From contig QPMI01000641.1 of NCBI GenBank assembly GCA_004431415.1, forward strand, positions 114,079 through 178,078: a DNA stretch of 64,000 nucleotides, given 5' to 3'. The position numbers and the translations under genes are program-made. The notes beneath the pieces were generated by a model. It saw only the letters and a program-made list of their open reading frames with translations, ran no database searches and was not told the origin of the DNA. Of this stretch, positions 1 through 11,915 are shown in pieces (the stretch's first letter is position 1; each line of letters begins with the position of its first letter). The stretch is from Cyanophora paradoxa CCMP329 (Eukaryota; Plantae; Glaucophyta).

Positions 1-130
1 CGATTCCCTCAATGAGACTTTTAGCGTGTTGGTATGTGATCGTTTTTAGACCGCCTGTTACCGCTCTAATAAAGTAACGGTTGCGGTGGTCTTTCTCAGA
101 ATAGGTTGAGTATAGACGTTCACCGCCATC
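1..130 (-). pseudogene. 3' continuation of element A basic protein gene, split by the fold-back element
   Basis: Minus strand reads DGGERLYSTYSEKDHRNRYFIRAVTGGLKTITYQHAKSLIEGI, matching the paralog 40719..41480 (DGGERLYSTYSEKDHRNRYFIRSTTGGLKSVTYQYAKSLVDGI). Confidence 0.92.
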
Positions 131-160
131 TATATCTGCACTTTTGGAGTATTGCAATAC

Positions 161-510
161 CTTCGACAGAATCTGCGACAGAATCAGTCGATAAAATTCG
201 ACAGAATCGGTCGACCGATTCTGTCGCAGAATCAGTCGATCGACTGATTCTGTCGATCGACTGATTTTGTCGACCGATTCTGTCGCAGAATCAGTCGATA
301 AAATTCGACTGATTCGGTCGACCGATTCTGGCGCAGAATCAGTCGATCGACAGAGTTGGTCGATCGACTGATTTTGTCGACCGATTCTGTCGCAGAGTCA
401 GTCGATAAAATTCGACAGAATCGGTCGACCGATTCTGTCGCAGAATCAGTCGATCGACTGATTCTGTCGATCGACTGATTTTGTCGACCGATTCTGTCGC
501 TGAGTCTGTC
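161..510. repeat. Left subterminal array of TCGA/GTCGAC-centred palindromic repeats
   Basis: Recurring CGACAGAATCGGTCGACCGATTCTGTCG and GCAGAATCAGTCGATCGACTGATT units. Confidence 0.9.
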
Positions 511-950
511 GATCTGTTGTGTTTTTATTTTATTATACTTTCAACCTAATCTGCCGATCCATATCTTAATTATAATAAGCCAGTTTTATATATATTCTTA
601 ATAATTTGTGGCCTGGCCCTAGGCCTAGGCCTCGCCTGCGCATGCTGCATGCGCCTGCTGTCTACGCGTACGTATACTGGGGTCCTGAATCCTGATCGAT
701 ATATATATAATATATACTCTCTCGGGCCCAGGCCAGGCGCCTGCCCGGCTCCAGCAATCCAGCAGGCCCCGGGCGCGCCTTGTGCCCATCTGCCTCTGGT
801 TGCTCTGCAGTCTAGAACTAGAGACCGGCGGACTGTAAATTTAGCTATAGGCAGCACATCAACACTGAATCATGCAGCGTGGGGCCTAGCACGAGCAGGC
901 TGAAGGGAGAGGTACTAGGGATTCACATGTAGTACTAGTAATTAACTAGT

Positions 951-1326
951 AAGGGCGAGTCATAAGCCGGAGGATAACGGGTGAAGCGATGCGGCCCGCA
1001 CCAGGTCGTTCTGCACCTCGCCGCGCTCGCTGCGCCATGCATCGCGGTGAGCGAGAGCTCGAATCGAATGGAAAGAGGCAACGCCGGCACGCAGGCGGAT
1101 ATGCATGCGCACCTCGGCGAGGAGAGGAGAGGGAGAGGAGAGCACGAAAGCGGCTCTCCTAGGGCGCCCGGCAGCCCACGACCGCGACCGCTGATGGCAA
1201 GGGCGACGCGCTCGCTGCGCTTGGAGAGTCAATCGAAAGAAAAGAAGCGTCCGCGCCGGCGAACGACCGCACCTCGGCCCGAGAGGCCGAAAGCATGATC
1301 TCCGAGGCGCCCGGCAGCCCGCGACC

Positions 1327-1358
<32 letters not shown>

Positions 1359-4140
1359 CTCGCTGCGCTCGGATCGAAAGAGAAGAAATATGCGCGACAG
1401 CAAACGACCGCACCTGCGCCCGAGCGGCCGCAAGCATGAACTCCGAGGCCGATCCCAGCAGCCACCGGGCCACACGTCCGGAAAGCGGCACGCGCTGCGC
1501 TGCGCACGCCGCCGGCGTTACAACAAGATCAAAGGGCGAGCAGTGGAGACAAGAGCGAGCACCTGGCCTGCGGAAGAAGGCGCCGGGCGAACTGGGCGGT
1601 GGTGTTCTGCTCGCGGGGACCAGTCACGCCCGCTCCCTGGCCCGCCAGCGAAATGAGGGATTGAATCAAAGGAGAGGAAACGAAAAGCACCTTGCTTCGC
1701 CTCCGCAGCCGCCGCCTACGTTCCGCGCGTGCCTGTCAGCGGCAGAACGCCCACTGGCGACAGCCGCGGGAGGAATGGACAAAAAAGGCAACAAGGAGGT
1801 CGACAGCGATGCGTTCGCGAGCGTTCGCGGCCGCAACCGGGCGCCAGCCACCCTGAAGCAGCGCTCTGCGTTTGAAATCAGGCGGGCGACAGGCGGCGAG
1901 AGGCGCCAGAGGATGCAAGAGAGGACCTTCGAGCATCGTTCGCGCTGGAAGCCGACGAAGTTCGCCGCGGCGGCAGCAAGTCCGTTCGACCTGGTTTGAA
2001 AAGCGGAATCAGAGACGCGGGCAGCGCTGCGAGACCCCGGAGGAGCCAACGAACCGAGCCGTTGTGAGAGTGAAGCGCGTCCGCGCGGCAGCCTTCAGTC
2101 GAGGCTGCAGCTGCTGGCAGCAAGGCACATGAAGGCGCTTCAAGGCAGCAAGTTTGGGGTACACGACTGTTGGGAAAAGCCTTGTGAGGCCCACAGCGGC
2201 AGGGCCGCCGCGGCAGCCGCGCCGTAGTATAGCTTTCCGAAGCCGCCTGAAGCGATTGCCAACGGCTCGACCTGGCCCTCGGTCCAGAGCGCCTCCCGCT
2301 GCGGCACCTTCGCGCGTGCTCGCAGCACGCAGCGCGAGGCAGCTACAAGCACGTGAGCTTGTAACCATGGGTCCAGCTCCCCCCGTAGCGTCGTCCCTGC
2401 GCCGCGCCGATCCACAGCTAGATCGACGTCGACCAGCTGCAGGCCCGCAACCCCGCGCTGGGTGACTTCGCCGTGCTGGCCGGGCTCTTAAGCTTTGCGT
2501 GGCTTTCAGCTCACTTACATCCGCAGTATCTCTACCAGACAGCCCCGCGGTCGATTTGGAGGGTTGAGGTGCACACCGGCCGGCGGAGCTCTCTCACATG
2601 TTTCGGTTCATAGCGCGTCCTCTAAGATGCTCACGCAGTGCCTCTGACTCTGGACTGGCCGGGCGCTGCGTGAGCGCGCGGACCGACGCAACCTCCCGAT
2701 CGGCGGTCGCCTCGGGTGCGCCTACCAAGCACAGCATTTGGCCAGCGACGCGCGAGCGCGTAGCTGACGAGGCCCAGATCGCCAGGATGGGTGAGCCGCC
2801 TCGGATCGTCGCAGTTTGGGAGACATTCTTCTACACTGCCTAGGTGAGCCGGCTGGGCCCGTGCGCGTCGCTGACAGGACGCGTACGCGTCGCTGACGGG
2901 GCGCGCCGGTAACACAGGATACCGGAAGACGCCGCGTGAAGCCCAGGGGCTGGGGTGCGGCGGGTGGCGACGCCGCTCGCGGGGCGGGGCGGATCCGGAG
3001 GCGCGGCAGGCGGCCGCGTGAATTCCAGGATAGGGCGGAGGCGCTTCCTGCGGCGCTGCAGCTCGCGGAGGCGGGCGGGCGGCCGGAGGCGCGGCGCGTG
3101 GCGGCGCGGCTCGCCGGGCGGGGCAGAGGCGCGGCGGGCGGCCGCACGGCTCGCCAGGCGGGCCGGAGGCGCGGCGGGTGGCGTCGGCGGCTCGCCGGGC
3201 GGGGCGGAGGCGCGGCAGGCGGCGGAGGCAGCTTGCCGGGCCGGGCGGAGGCGCGGCGGGCGGCCGCGAGGCTCCGCTGGGCGGGGCGGAGGCGCGGCGG
3301 GCGGCGGCGAGGCTCGCCAGGTGGGCCGGGGGCGCGGCGGGCGGCGGCGCGGCTCGCGGAGCGGGATGGATCCTCGCGGGCGGCGGCGAGGCTCGCCGGG
3401 CGGGGCAGACGCTCGGCGGGCGGCCGCGCGCCTCGCGGGCCGGGGCGGAGGCGCGGCGGGCGGCGGCGCGCCTCGCTGGGCGGGGCGGAGGCGTGGCGGG
3501 CGGCGGCGGCGGCTCGCGGGGCGGGATGGAGGCGCAGCAAGCGGCGTCGGCGGCTCGCCGGGCGGGGCGGAGGCGCGGCAGGCGGCGGAGGCAGCTTGCC
3601 GGGCCGGGCGGAGGCGCGGCGGGCGGCCGCGAGGCTCCGCTGGGCGGGGCGGAGGCGCGGCGGGCGGCGGAGGCGGCTCGCGGGGCGGGACGGAGGCGCG
3701 GCGGGCGGCGGCGGCGGCTCGCGGACCGGGGCAGACGCTCGGCGGGCGGCCGCGCGGCTCGCCAGGCGGGCCGGGGGCGCGGCGGGCGGCGGCGCGGCTC
3801 GCCGGGCGGGCAGGGGGCGCGGCGGGCGGCGGCGCGGCTCGCCGGGCCGGGCGGAGGCGCAGCGGGCGGCCGCGAGGCTCCGCTGGGCGGGGCGGAGGCG
3901 CGGCGGGCGGCGTCGGCGGCTCGCCGGGCGGGGCCGAGGCGCGGCAGGCGGCGGAGGCAGCTCGCCGGGCCGGGCGGAGGCGGGGCGGGCGGCGCGCGGC
4001 TCGCTGGGCGGCCGGAGGCGCGGCGCGCTGCGGCGCGACTCGCCGGGCGGGGCAGAGGGGCGGCGGGCGGCGGTGCGCAGGCGCGGCGGCCGGCTGCGCG
4101 GCTCGCGGGGCAGGGCGGAGGAGTGGCGCGGCGGAGGCTC
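951..4140. repeat. Left long inverted-repeat arm (unique part plus GC-rich minisatellite at about 3070-4140)
   Basis: Reverse complement of about 6150-9695 with scattered substitutions and indels. The ORF track mirrors this (1736..1936- equals 8742..8942+). Confidence 0.9.
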
Positions 4141-4200
4141 GTGGGGAAGCCTGCAGATGCTCGCTCTGTACCGTAGTACTCTTGCGTAGATCATCGGATA

Positions 4201-6148
4201 TGCACCCCGCCCATTTCGAGGGTGGGAAATCCGAATCTGAAGTTCTCGTCAGCTCGTCCGTTCTCATATGCTCAGCGCGGCGACTTCGCACTTCTTTGCA
4301 CATGATCATGATCATGAGTCTCTAGCTGCCATTAAAAGAATACTGGGTTCCTGGCACATGTAAGCACCCGGAGATGATATCAGCGCCCCACTGTGTATCT
4401 GTAGAGTATTTGACGAGAAGCTCAGGGCTCCCGGGCATTGCGGCGGGGAAGAACGACTCCCTTATAGGGTTTCTCCCGAGATCAATTTTGAGAGCCGATT
4501 CCCAGTCCGCCCGTGCCTTTCCAGCTCAGATGCCAACGGATACGAGTCATTTGATAGCGTGTTAGATAGGGCCTCAACGTGATTACCGGCTGCCGGGCTT
4601 CTATTCGCATTTCCTGGCGCGCGGGAAGGCCTCAAAATGCCCGCCAAAAATAATGGCGACTTGCCCTGCAAAATAATGCACGGCACGCTACGAGCTAGCT
4701 TGCGGCCTGCGCCGACCTCAAAATCAAATCCAGCACTGTCAAGAACCCCCGAAAGCGTCTCATCGTCCGGATGTAACTTGTCAGATAAGATGCTATCCTT
4801 GGTGATTTCTGTCCTTGAGGCCTCTTTGGGGCAAGTTGACAGTCTCGGAGAGCTCGCTTGACCTGACGCCGCTCCGTCATCTTGGTCCGCGACTGACTCC
4901 ACATTTGCACCCCGCCCATTTCGAGGGTGGGGAATCCGAATCTGAAGTTCTCGTCAGCTCGTCCGTTCTCATATGCTCAGCGCGGCGACTTCGCACTTCT
5001 TTGCACATGATCATGATCATGAGTCTCTAGCTGCCATTAAAAGAATACTGGGTTCCTGGCACATGTAAGCACCCGGAGATGATATCAGCGCCCCACTGTG
5101 TATCTGTAGAGTATTTGACGAGAAGCTCAGGGCTCCCGGGCATTGCGGCGGGGAAGAACGACTCCCTTATAGGGTTTCTCCCGAGATCAATTTTGAGAGC
5201 CGATTCCCAGTCCGCCCGTGCCTTTCCAGCTCAGATGCCAACGGATACGAGTCATTTGATAGCGTGTTAGATAGGGCCTCAACGTGATTACCGGCTGCCG
5301 GGCTTCTATTCGCATTTCCTGGCGCGCGGGAAGGCCTCAAAATGCCCGCCAAAAATAATGGCGACTTGCCCTGCAAAATAATGCACGGCACGCTACGAGC
5401 TAGCTTGCGGCCTGCGCCGACCTCAAAATCAAATCCAGCACTGTCAAGAACCCCCGAAAGCGTCTCATCGTCCGGATGTAACTTGTCAGATAAGATGCTA
5501 TCCTTGGTGATTTCTGTCCTTGAGGCCTCTTTGGGGCAAGTTGACAGTCTCGGAGAGCTCGCTTGACCTGACGCCGCTCCGTCATCTTGGTCCGCGACTG
5601 ACTCCACATTTGCACCCCGCCCATTTCGAGGGTGGGGAATCCGAATCTGAAGTTCTCGTCAGCTCGTCCGTTCTCATATGCTCAGCGCGGCGACTTCGCA
5701 CTTCTTTGCACATGATCATGATCATGAGTCTCTAGCTGCCATTAAAAGAATACTGGGTTCCTGGCACATGTAAGCACCCGGAGATGATATCAGCGCCCCA
5801 CTGTGTATCTGTAGAGTATTTGACGAGAAGCTCAGGGCTCCCGGGCATTGCGGCGGGGAAGAACGACTCCCTTATAGGGTTTCTCCCGAGATCAATTTTG
5901 AGAGCCGATTCCCAGTCCGCCCGTGCCTTTCCAGCTCAGATGCCAACGGATACGAGTCATTTGATAGCGTGTTAGATAGGGCCTCAACGTGATTACCGGC
6001 TGCCGGGCTTCTATTCGCATTTCCTGGCGCGCGGGAAGGCCTCAAAATGCCCGCCAAAAATAATGGCGACTTGCCCTGCAAAATAATGCACGGCACGCTA
6101 CGAGCTAGCTTGCGGCCTGCGCCGACCTCAAAATCAAATCCAGCACTG
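4201..6148. repeat. Central tandem repeat, 705-bp unit, about 2.8 copies
   Basis: TGCACCCCGCCCATTTCGAGG starts at 4201, 4906 and 5611. Identical ORFs recur at 705-bp spacing. Confidence 0.95.
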
Positions 6149-6149
6149 A

Positions 6150-9100
6150 GAGCCTAGTGCCCGCCCGCCGCACCTCTGCCCCGCCCGGAGAGCCGCGCCT
6201 CCGCCCCGCCCGGCGAGCCGCCGACGCCGCTTGCTGCGCCCCCGGCCCGCCTTGCGAGCCGTGCGGCCGCCCGCCGCGCCTCTGCCCCGCCCGGCGAACC
6301 GCGCCGCCGCCCGCCGCGCCCCGGCCCGCCTGGCGAGCCGCGCGGCCGCCCGCCGAGCGTCTGCCCCGGTCTGCGAGCCGCCGCCGCCGCCCGGCCGCGC
6401 CTCCGTCCCACCCCACGAGCCGCGCCATAGCCCGCCGCGCCTTCGCCCCGCCCGGCGAGCTGCCTCCGCCGCCCGCCGCGCCTCCGCCCGCACGGCGGAG
6501 CCCCGCCGCCGCCCGCCGCGCCACATTCTCGCCCGGCGAGCCGCGCCGCCGCCCGCCGCGCCCCCGGCCCGCCTGGCGAGCCGCACGGCCGCCCGCCGCG
6601 CCTCCGTCCCGCCCCGCGAGCCGCCGCCGCCGCCCGCCGCGCCTCCGCCCCGCCCAGCCGAGCCTTGCGGCCGCCCGCCGCGCCTCCGCCCCGCCCAGCG
6701 GAGCCTCGCGGCCGCCCGCCGCGCCTCCGCCTGGCCCGGCGAGCTGCCTCCGCCTCCTGCCGCGCCTCCGTCACGCCTCGCGAGCCGCGCCGCCGCCCGC
6801 CGCGCCCACGGCCCACCTGGCGAGCCTCGCCGCCGCCCGCCGCGCCACAGTCTCGCCCGGAGAGCCGCGCCGCCGCCCGCCGCGCCCCCGGCCCGCCCGG
6901 CGAGCCGCGCCGCCGCCCGCCGCGCCCCCGGCCCGCCTGGCGAGCCGCGCGGCCGCCCGCCGAGCGTCTGCCCCGGTCCGCGAGCCGCCGCCGCCGCCCG
7001 CCGCGCCTCCGTCCCGCCCCGCGAGCCGCCTCCGCCGCCCGCCGCGCCTCCGCCCCGCCCAGCGGAGCCTCGCGGCCGCCCGCTGCGCCTCCGCCCGGCC
7101 CGGCGAGCTGCCTCCGCCGCCTGCCGCGCCTCCGCCCCGCCCGGCGAGCCGCCGACGCCGCTTGCTGCGCCTCCATCCCGCCCCGCGAGCCGCCGCCGCC
7201 GCCCGCCGCGCCTCCGCCCCGCCCAGCGAGGCGCGCCGCCGCCCGCCGCGCCTCCGCCCCGGCCCGCGAGGCGCGCGGCCGCCCGCCGAGCGTCTGCCCC
7301 GCCACTCGCCGCCGCCCGCGAGGATCCATCCCGCTCCGCGAGCCGCGCCGCCGCCCGCCGCGCCCCGGCCCACCTGGCGAGCCTCGCCGCCGCCCGCCGC
7401 GCCTCCGCCCCGCCCAGCGGAGCCTCGCGGCCGCCCGCCGCGCCTCCGCCCGGCCCGGCAAGCTGCCTCCGCCGCCTGCCGCGCCTCCGCCCCGCCCGGC
7501 GAGCCGCCGACGCCACCCGCCGCGCCCCCGGCCCGCCTGGCGAGCCGTGCGGCCGCCCACCGCGCCTCTGCCCCGCCCGGCGAGCCGCGCCGCCACGTGC
7601 CGCGCCTCCGGCCGCCCGCCCGCCTCCGCGAGCTGCAGCGCCGCAGGAAGCGCCTCCGCCCTATCCTGGAATTCACGCGGCCGCCTGCCGCGCCTCCGGA
7701 TCCGCCCCGCCCCGCGAGCGGCGTCGCCAACCACCGCACCCCAGCCCATGGGCTTCACGCGGCGTCTTCCGGTATCCTGTGTTACCGGCGCGCCCCGTCA
7801 GCGACGCGTACGCGTCCCGTCAGCGACGCGAACGGGCCCAGCCGGCTCACCTAGGCAGTGTAGAAGAATGTCTCCCAAACAGCGACGATCCGAGGCGGCT
7901 CACCCATCCTGGCGATCTGGGCCTCGTCAGCTACGCGCTCGCGCGTCGCTGGCCAAATGCTGTGCTTGGCAGGCGCACCCGAGGCGACCGCCGATCGGGA
8001 GGTTGCGTCGGTCCGCGCGCTCACGCAGCGCCCGGCCAGTCCAGAGTCAGAGGCACTGCGTGAGCATCTTAGAGGGACGCGCTATGAACCGAAACATGTG
8101 AGAGAGCTCCGCCGGCCGGCGTGCACCTCAACCCTCCAAATCGACCGCGGGGCTGTCTGGTAGAGATACTGCGGATGTAAGTGAGCTGAAAGCCACGCAA
8201 AGAACCCGGCCAGCACGGCGAAGTCACCCAGCGCGGGGTTGCGGGCCCGGTCGATCTAGCTGTGGATCGGCGCGGCGCAGGGACGACGCTACGGGGGGAG
8301 CTGGACCCATGGTTACAAGCTCACGTGCTTGTAGCTGCCTCGCGCTGCGTGCTGCGAGCACGCGCGAAGGTGCCGCAGCGGGAGGCGCTCCGGACCGAGG
8401 GCCAGGTCGAGCCGTTGGCAATCGCTTCAGGCGGCCTTGAAAAGCTGTACTGCGGCACGGGCCGCCGCGGCGGCCCTGCCGCTGTGGGCCTCATAAGGCT
8501 TTTCCCAACAGTCGTGTACCCCAAACTTGCTGCCTTGAAGCGCCTTCATGTGCCTTGCTGCCAGCAGCTGCAGCCTCGACTGTAGGCTGCCGCGCGAACG
8601 CGCTTCACTCTCACAGCGGCTCGGTTCGTTGGCTCCTCCGGGGTCTCGCAGCGCTGCCCGCGTCTCTGATTCCGCTTTTCAAACCAGGTCGAACGGACTT
8701 GCTGCCGCCGCAGCGAACTTCGTCGGCTTCCAGCGCGAACGATGCTCGAAGGTCCTCTCTTGCATCCTCTGGCGCCTCTCGCCGCCTGTCGCCCGCCTGA
8801 TTTCAAACGCAGAGCGCTGCTTCAGGGTGGCTGGCGCCCGGTTGCGGCCGCGAACGCTCGCGAACGCATCGCTGTCGACCTCCTTGTTGCCTTTTTTGTC
8901 CATTCCTCCCGCGGCTGTCGCCAGTGGGCGTTCTGCCGCTGACAGGCACGCGCGGAACGTAGGCGGCGGCTGCGGAGGCGAAGCAAGGTGCTTTTCGTTT
9001 CCTCTCCTTTGATTCAATCCCTCATTTTGCTGGCGGGCCAGGGAGCGGGCGTGACTGGTCCCCGCGAGCAGAACACCACCGCCCAGTTCGCCCGGCGCCT

Positions 9101-9695
9101 TCTTCCGCAGGCCAGGTGCTCGCTCTTGTCTCCACTGCTCGCCCTTTGATCTTGTTGTAACGCCGGCGGCGTGCGCAGCGCAGCGCGTGCCGCTTTCCGG
9201 ACGTGTGGCCCGTGGCTGCTGGGATCGGCCTCGGAGTTCATGCTTGCGGCCGCTCGGGCGCAGGTGCGGTCGTTTGCTGTCGCGCATATTTCTTCTCTTT
9301 CGATCCGAGCGCAGCGAGCTCTTCGCCCTCGCCCTCGCCCTCGCGGTCGCGGTCGCGGGCTGCCGGGCGCCTCGGAGATCATGCTTTCGGCCGCTCGGGC
9401 CGAGGTGCGGTCGTTCGCCGGCGCGGACGCTTCTTTTCTTTCGATTGACTCTCCAAGCGCAGCGAGCGCGTCGCTCTCGCCATCAGCGGACGCGGAGCGA
9501 TCGCAAGCTGATCTTCTGCCTCCTCTCCTCGCCGAGGTGCATAGCCGCCTGCGTGCCGGCCTTTTCCTCTTTCCATTCGATTTAAGCTCTCGCTCACCGC
9601 GATGCGCATGGCGCAGCGAGGGCGGCGAGGTGCAGAACGACCTGGTGCGGGCCGCATCGCTTCACCCGTTATCCTCCAGCTTCTGACTCGCCCTT
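6150..9695. repeat. Right long inverted-repeat arm
   Basis: Ends ...TTATCCTCCAGCTTCTGACTCGCCCTT, a near reverse complement of 951 onward. Its GC minisatellite is longer than in the left arm. Confidence 0.9.
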
Positions 9696-10221
9696 TGTTG
9701 CCTAGCAACTAGGGACGAACGACTAATTGAAGCCGCGCGCGAGCGGACGGCGTCGGGCTGGAGTGCGTGCGGCTGCATCCGGGGCCAGGGTAGGGTTTAT
9801 ATTTGCAGGACTAGGCAGGGCTAGGCCAGAGTAGGGATCATATTTGCGATGTGACAGCATGTATGCATAGGTGTGTGCATGCAGATCATGAATTAGGCGG
9901 CCCGCACGATATGTGAAAATAGGTGGCCTGCAGATCAACTAATTTATATAGATGCAAAAAGCCAATGCCAGATGTACATGTGTTCTGGCCCGCCTATAGC
10001 TAGTCATGGGCCGTCAGGGCCTATATATAGCTATATAGGCTATAGTGTAGCTGACCTATGCCTGTGCATGCGACCTGCAGCTGGATCCCCCGGAGATCCT
10101 CCACTAGTACTGGCTCAATATTTATACAAGATAATATACAAATCAATAATCTTAATATGAAGAATATTAATCAATTTATCGACAAACCTGGCGATATATC
10201 AATATATATTAATATATCAAG

Positions 10222-10565
10222 TATCGACAGATTTTGTCGACCGATTCTGTCGCAGAGTCTGTCGATAAAATTCGACAGAATCGGTCGACCGATTCTGGCG
10301 CAGAATCAGTCGATCGACAGAGTTGGTCGATCGACTGATTTTGTCGACCGATTCTGTCGCAGAGTCAGTCGATAAAATTCGACTGATTCGGTCGACCGAT
10401 TCTGGCGCAGAATCAGTCGATCGACAGAGTTGGTCGATCGACTGATTTTGTCGACCGATTCTGTCGCAGAGTCAGTCGATAAAATTCGACTGATTCGGTC
10501 GACCGATTCTGGCGCAGAATCAGTCGATCGACTGATTCTGTCGATCGACTGATTCTGTCGACCAA
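10222..10565. repeat. Right subterminal palindromic repeat array
   Basis: Same GTCGACCGATTCTGTCGCAGA units as 161-510. Confidence 0.9.
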
Positions 10566-10595
10566 GTATTGCAATACTCCAAAAGTGCAGATATA

Positions 10596-10928
10596 GCCAT
10601 CAAGGAGTTTAAGAAGGGTCGACGATGTTGCTACCTTCTCAGTGGTCGATGATTTGAACTGACCCTTTTTAATTCCGCGCTTTGCACCGGGCATACGATT
10701 AAGCGGGACTTGATTAACAAGGGCGTTATCATCATGCACATCTTTTGTTGATGCTTGTGTATATTGGTTTCTGTCTTTGTGAACGTCACGATCAATGTCA
10801 CCATTACCATACGCTGCAACACCCTTGGATTTCTTGTACCAATTCCTTCCTTTCATTTCACCATCGCCAACGTCCGCTTCCACCGCTGGTTTGGCTAAGA
10901 AATTCTTAGGTTGAGTCTTGCGAGGCAT
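10596..10928 (-). pseudogene. 5' part of element A Lys-rich basic protein (interrupted)
   Basis: MPRKTQPKNFLAKP...LLKLLDG matches the N-terminus of 40719..41480. The rest of the track ORF is read-through into the TIR. Confidence 0.88.
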
Positions 10929-10960
10929 TTGAAATAACACAACAAAAATAATTTACAAAA

Positions 10961-11863
10961 TTACATATTACGGGAGAACGGCAAGTAAACGCCTTCTAAC
11001 TCTTTTATGACGTTTTTCAATGCCTTCTTTGTCAGATCCTTGTCATCTTGTGTTATCAGTTCAAGAGTCATCGACCAATCAGTGGTAATATCGGTTTCTA
11101 CACCATTCCAATACGTGAGACGCACTTTCAGTGTTTCAACTTCTACTTCCCCATTCTGCTCATGCAAGATCATAGAGTTATTCGATGAATCATATTTCAG
11201 AAGACTACCTACCGTTTGGTCGATCTCAATTTTAGCAAGCGCTTTATCGTCGCTGGTGTTCTTGCTTACGTAATTGCCTTTGAAGGGGTCAACATGTAGA
11301 AGGATGTAAGAATTGAACAGAAGATCAAGTGGTATTACGCTATCGACGTAATGGTTGTAAGTGATTGAACCAATCTCAACTGGCGCATCAAGTGGAGCGG
11401 AAGCATAACCATTTTCCGAACTTGCAGGTGTAAGATCAGGGAAACCAAGGAAGTTCGCTAAGATCCTACTACCAAATCGTAGGTTAAATACTGCATCCGA
11501 CATGAACCTTAGAGATATGGTAACAGGATCGTATGTCACATGGAAATGGCGAGTGTAGGTAGTTCCAACTGCACCATATGACTGTGAGGCGAGTTTTGCA
11601 TTTAGTAGATTCACCAAACTATCTGTTGTGTATGTACCTTTCGTAATAATATTACTTCTGGTCTTAATCACATTTGCAGCATCGTAAGTAGATGTAATGA
11701 GCGTTCCATTTTCGCTGAGATTGTAGATGTTGTTGAACATTTCGAAATTGGTAACGCGACACGCTTTAACCTTCTGGATTGCATGGGGAAGTTTGTAAGT
11801 AAAGTTTGTTGGGGTTCCATCATCTCGGTCTCTGGAATCAATATTAAGATAATGACGCGTCAT
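10961..11863 (-). CDS. Minor capsid protein (penton), element A
   Basis: N-terminal YLNIDSRDR..F.Y.L...VK..RV..FE..N.YN and C-terminal L.V.L....G.....DWSMTLE pattern typical of PLV/NCLDV pentons. Divergently oriented from the MCP. Confidence 0.8.
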   Translation of the reverse strand: MTRHYLNIDSRDRDDGTPTNFTYKLPHAIQKVKACRVTNFEMFNNIYNLSENGTLITSTYDAANVIKTRSNIITKGTYTTDSLVNLLNAKLASQSYGAVGTTYTRHFHVTYDPVTISLRFMSDAVFNLRFGSRILANFLGFPDLTPASSENGYASAPLDAPVEIGSITYNHYVDSVIPLDLLFNSYILLHVDPFKGNYVSKNTSDDKALAKIEIDQTVGSLLKYDSSNNSMILHEQNGEVEVETLKVRLTYWNGVETDITTDWSMTLELITQDDKDLTKKALKNVIKELEGVYLPFSRNM

Positions 11864-11915
11864 TCTGTTTAATAATGTAAATTAAAAATTTCTTTTCGTA
11901 TTTTAAACATAAGAC

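Larger units (their letters stand above)
131..10595. mobile_element. Non-autonomous fold-back (giant inverted-repeat) element, 10,465 bp, 6-bp TSD GCCATC
   Basis: 30-bp perfect TIR TATATCTGCACTTTTGGAGTATTGCAATAC (131-160; reverse complement 10566-10595). GCCATC at 125-130 and 10596-10601. It interrupts a viral ORF whose frame is restored on removal. Confidence 0.9.

Noticed and set aside
161-510. CRISPR-like look of the palindromic repeats
   Set aside because: No unique spacers, no cas genes, eukaryotic context.
2722-8101. Long Arg/Pro/Ala/Gly ORFs (300-600 aa) in many frames
   Set aside because: They arise from stop-poor GC minisatellite and show no domain signal.
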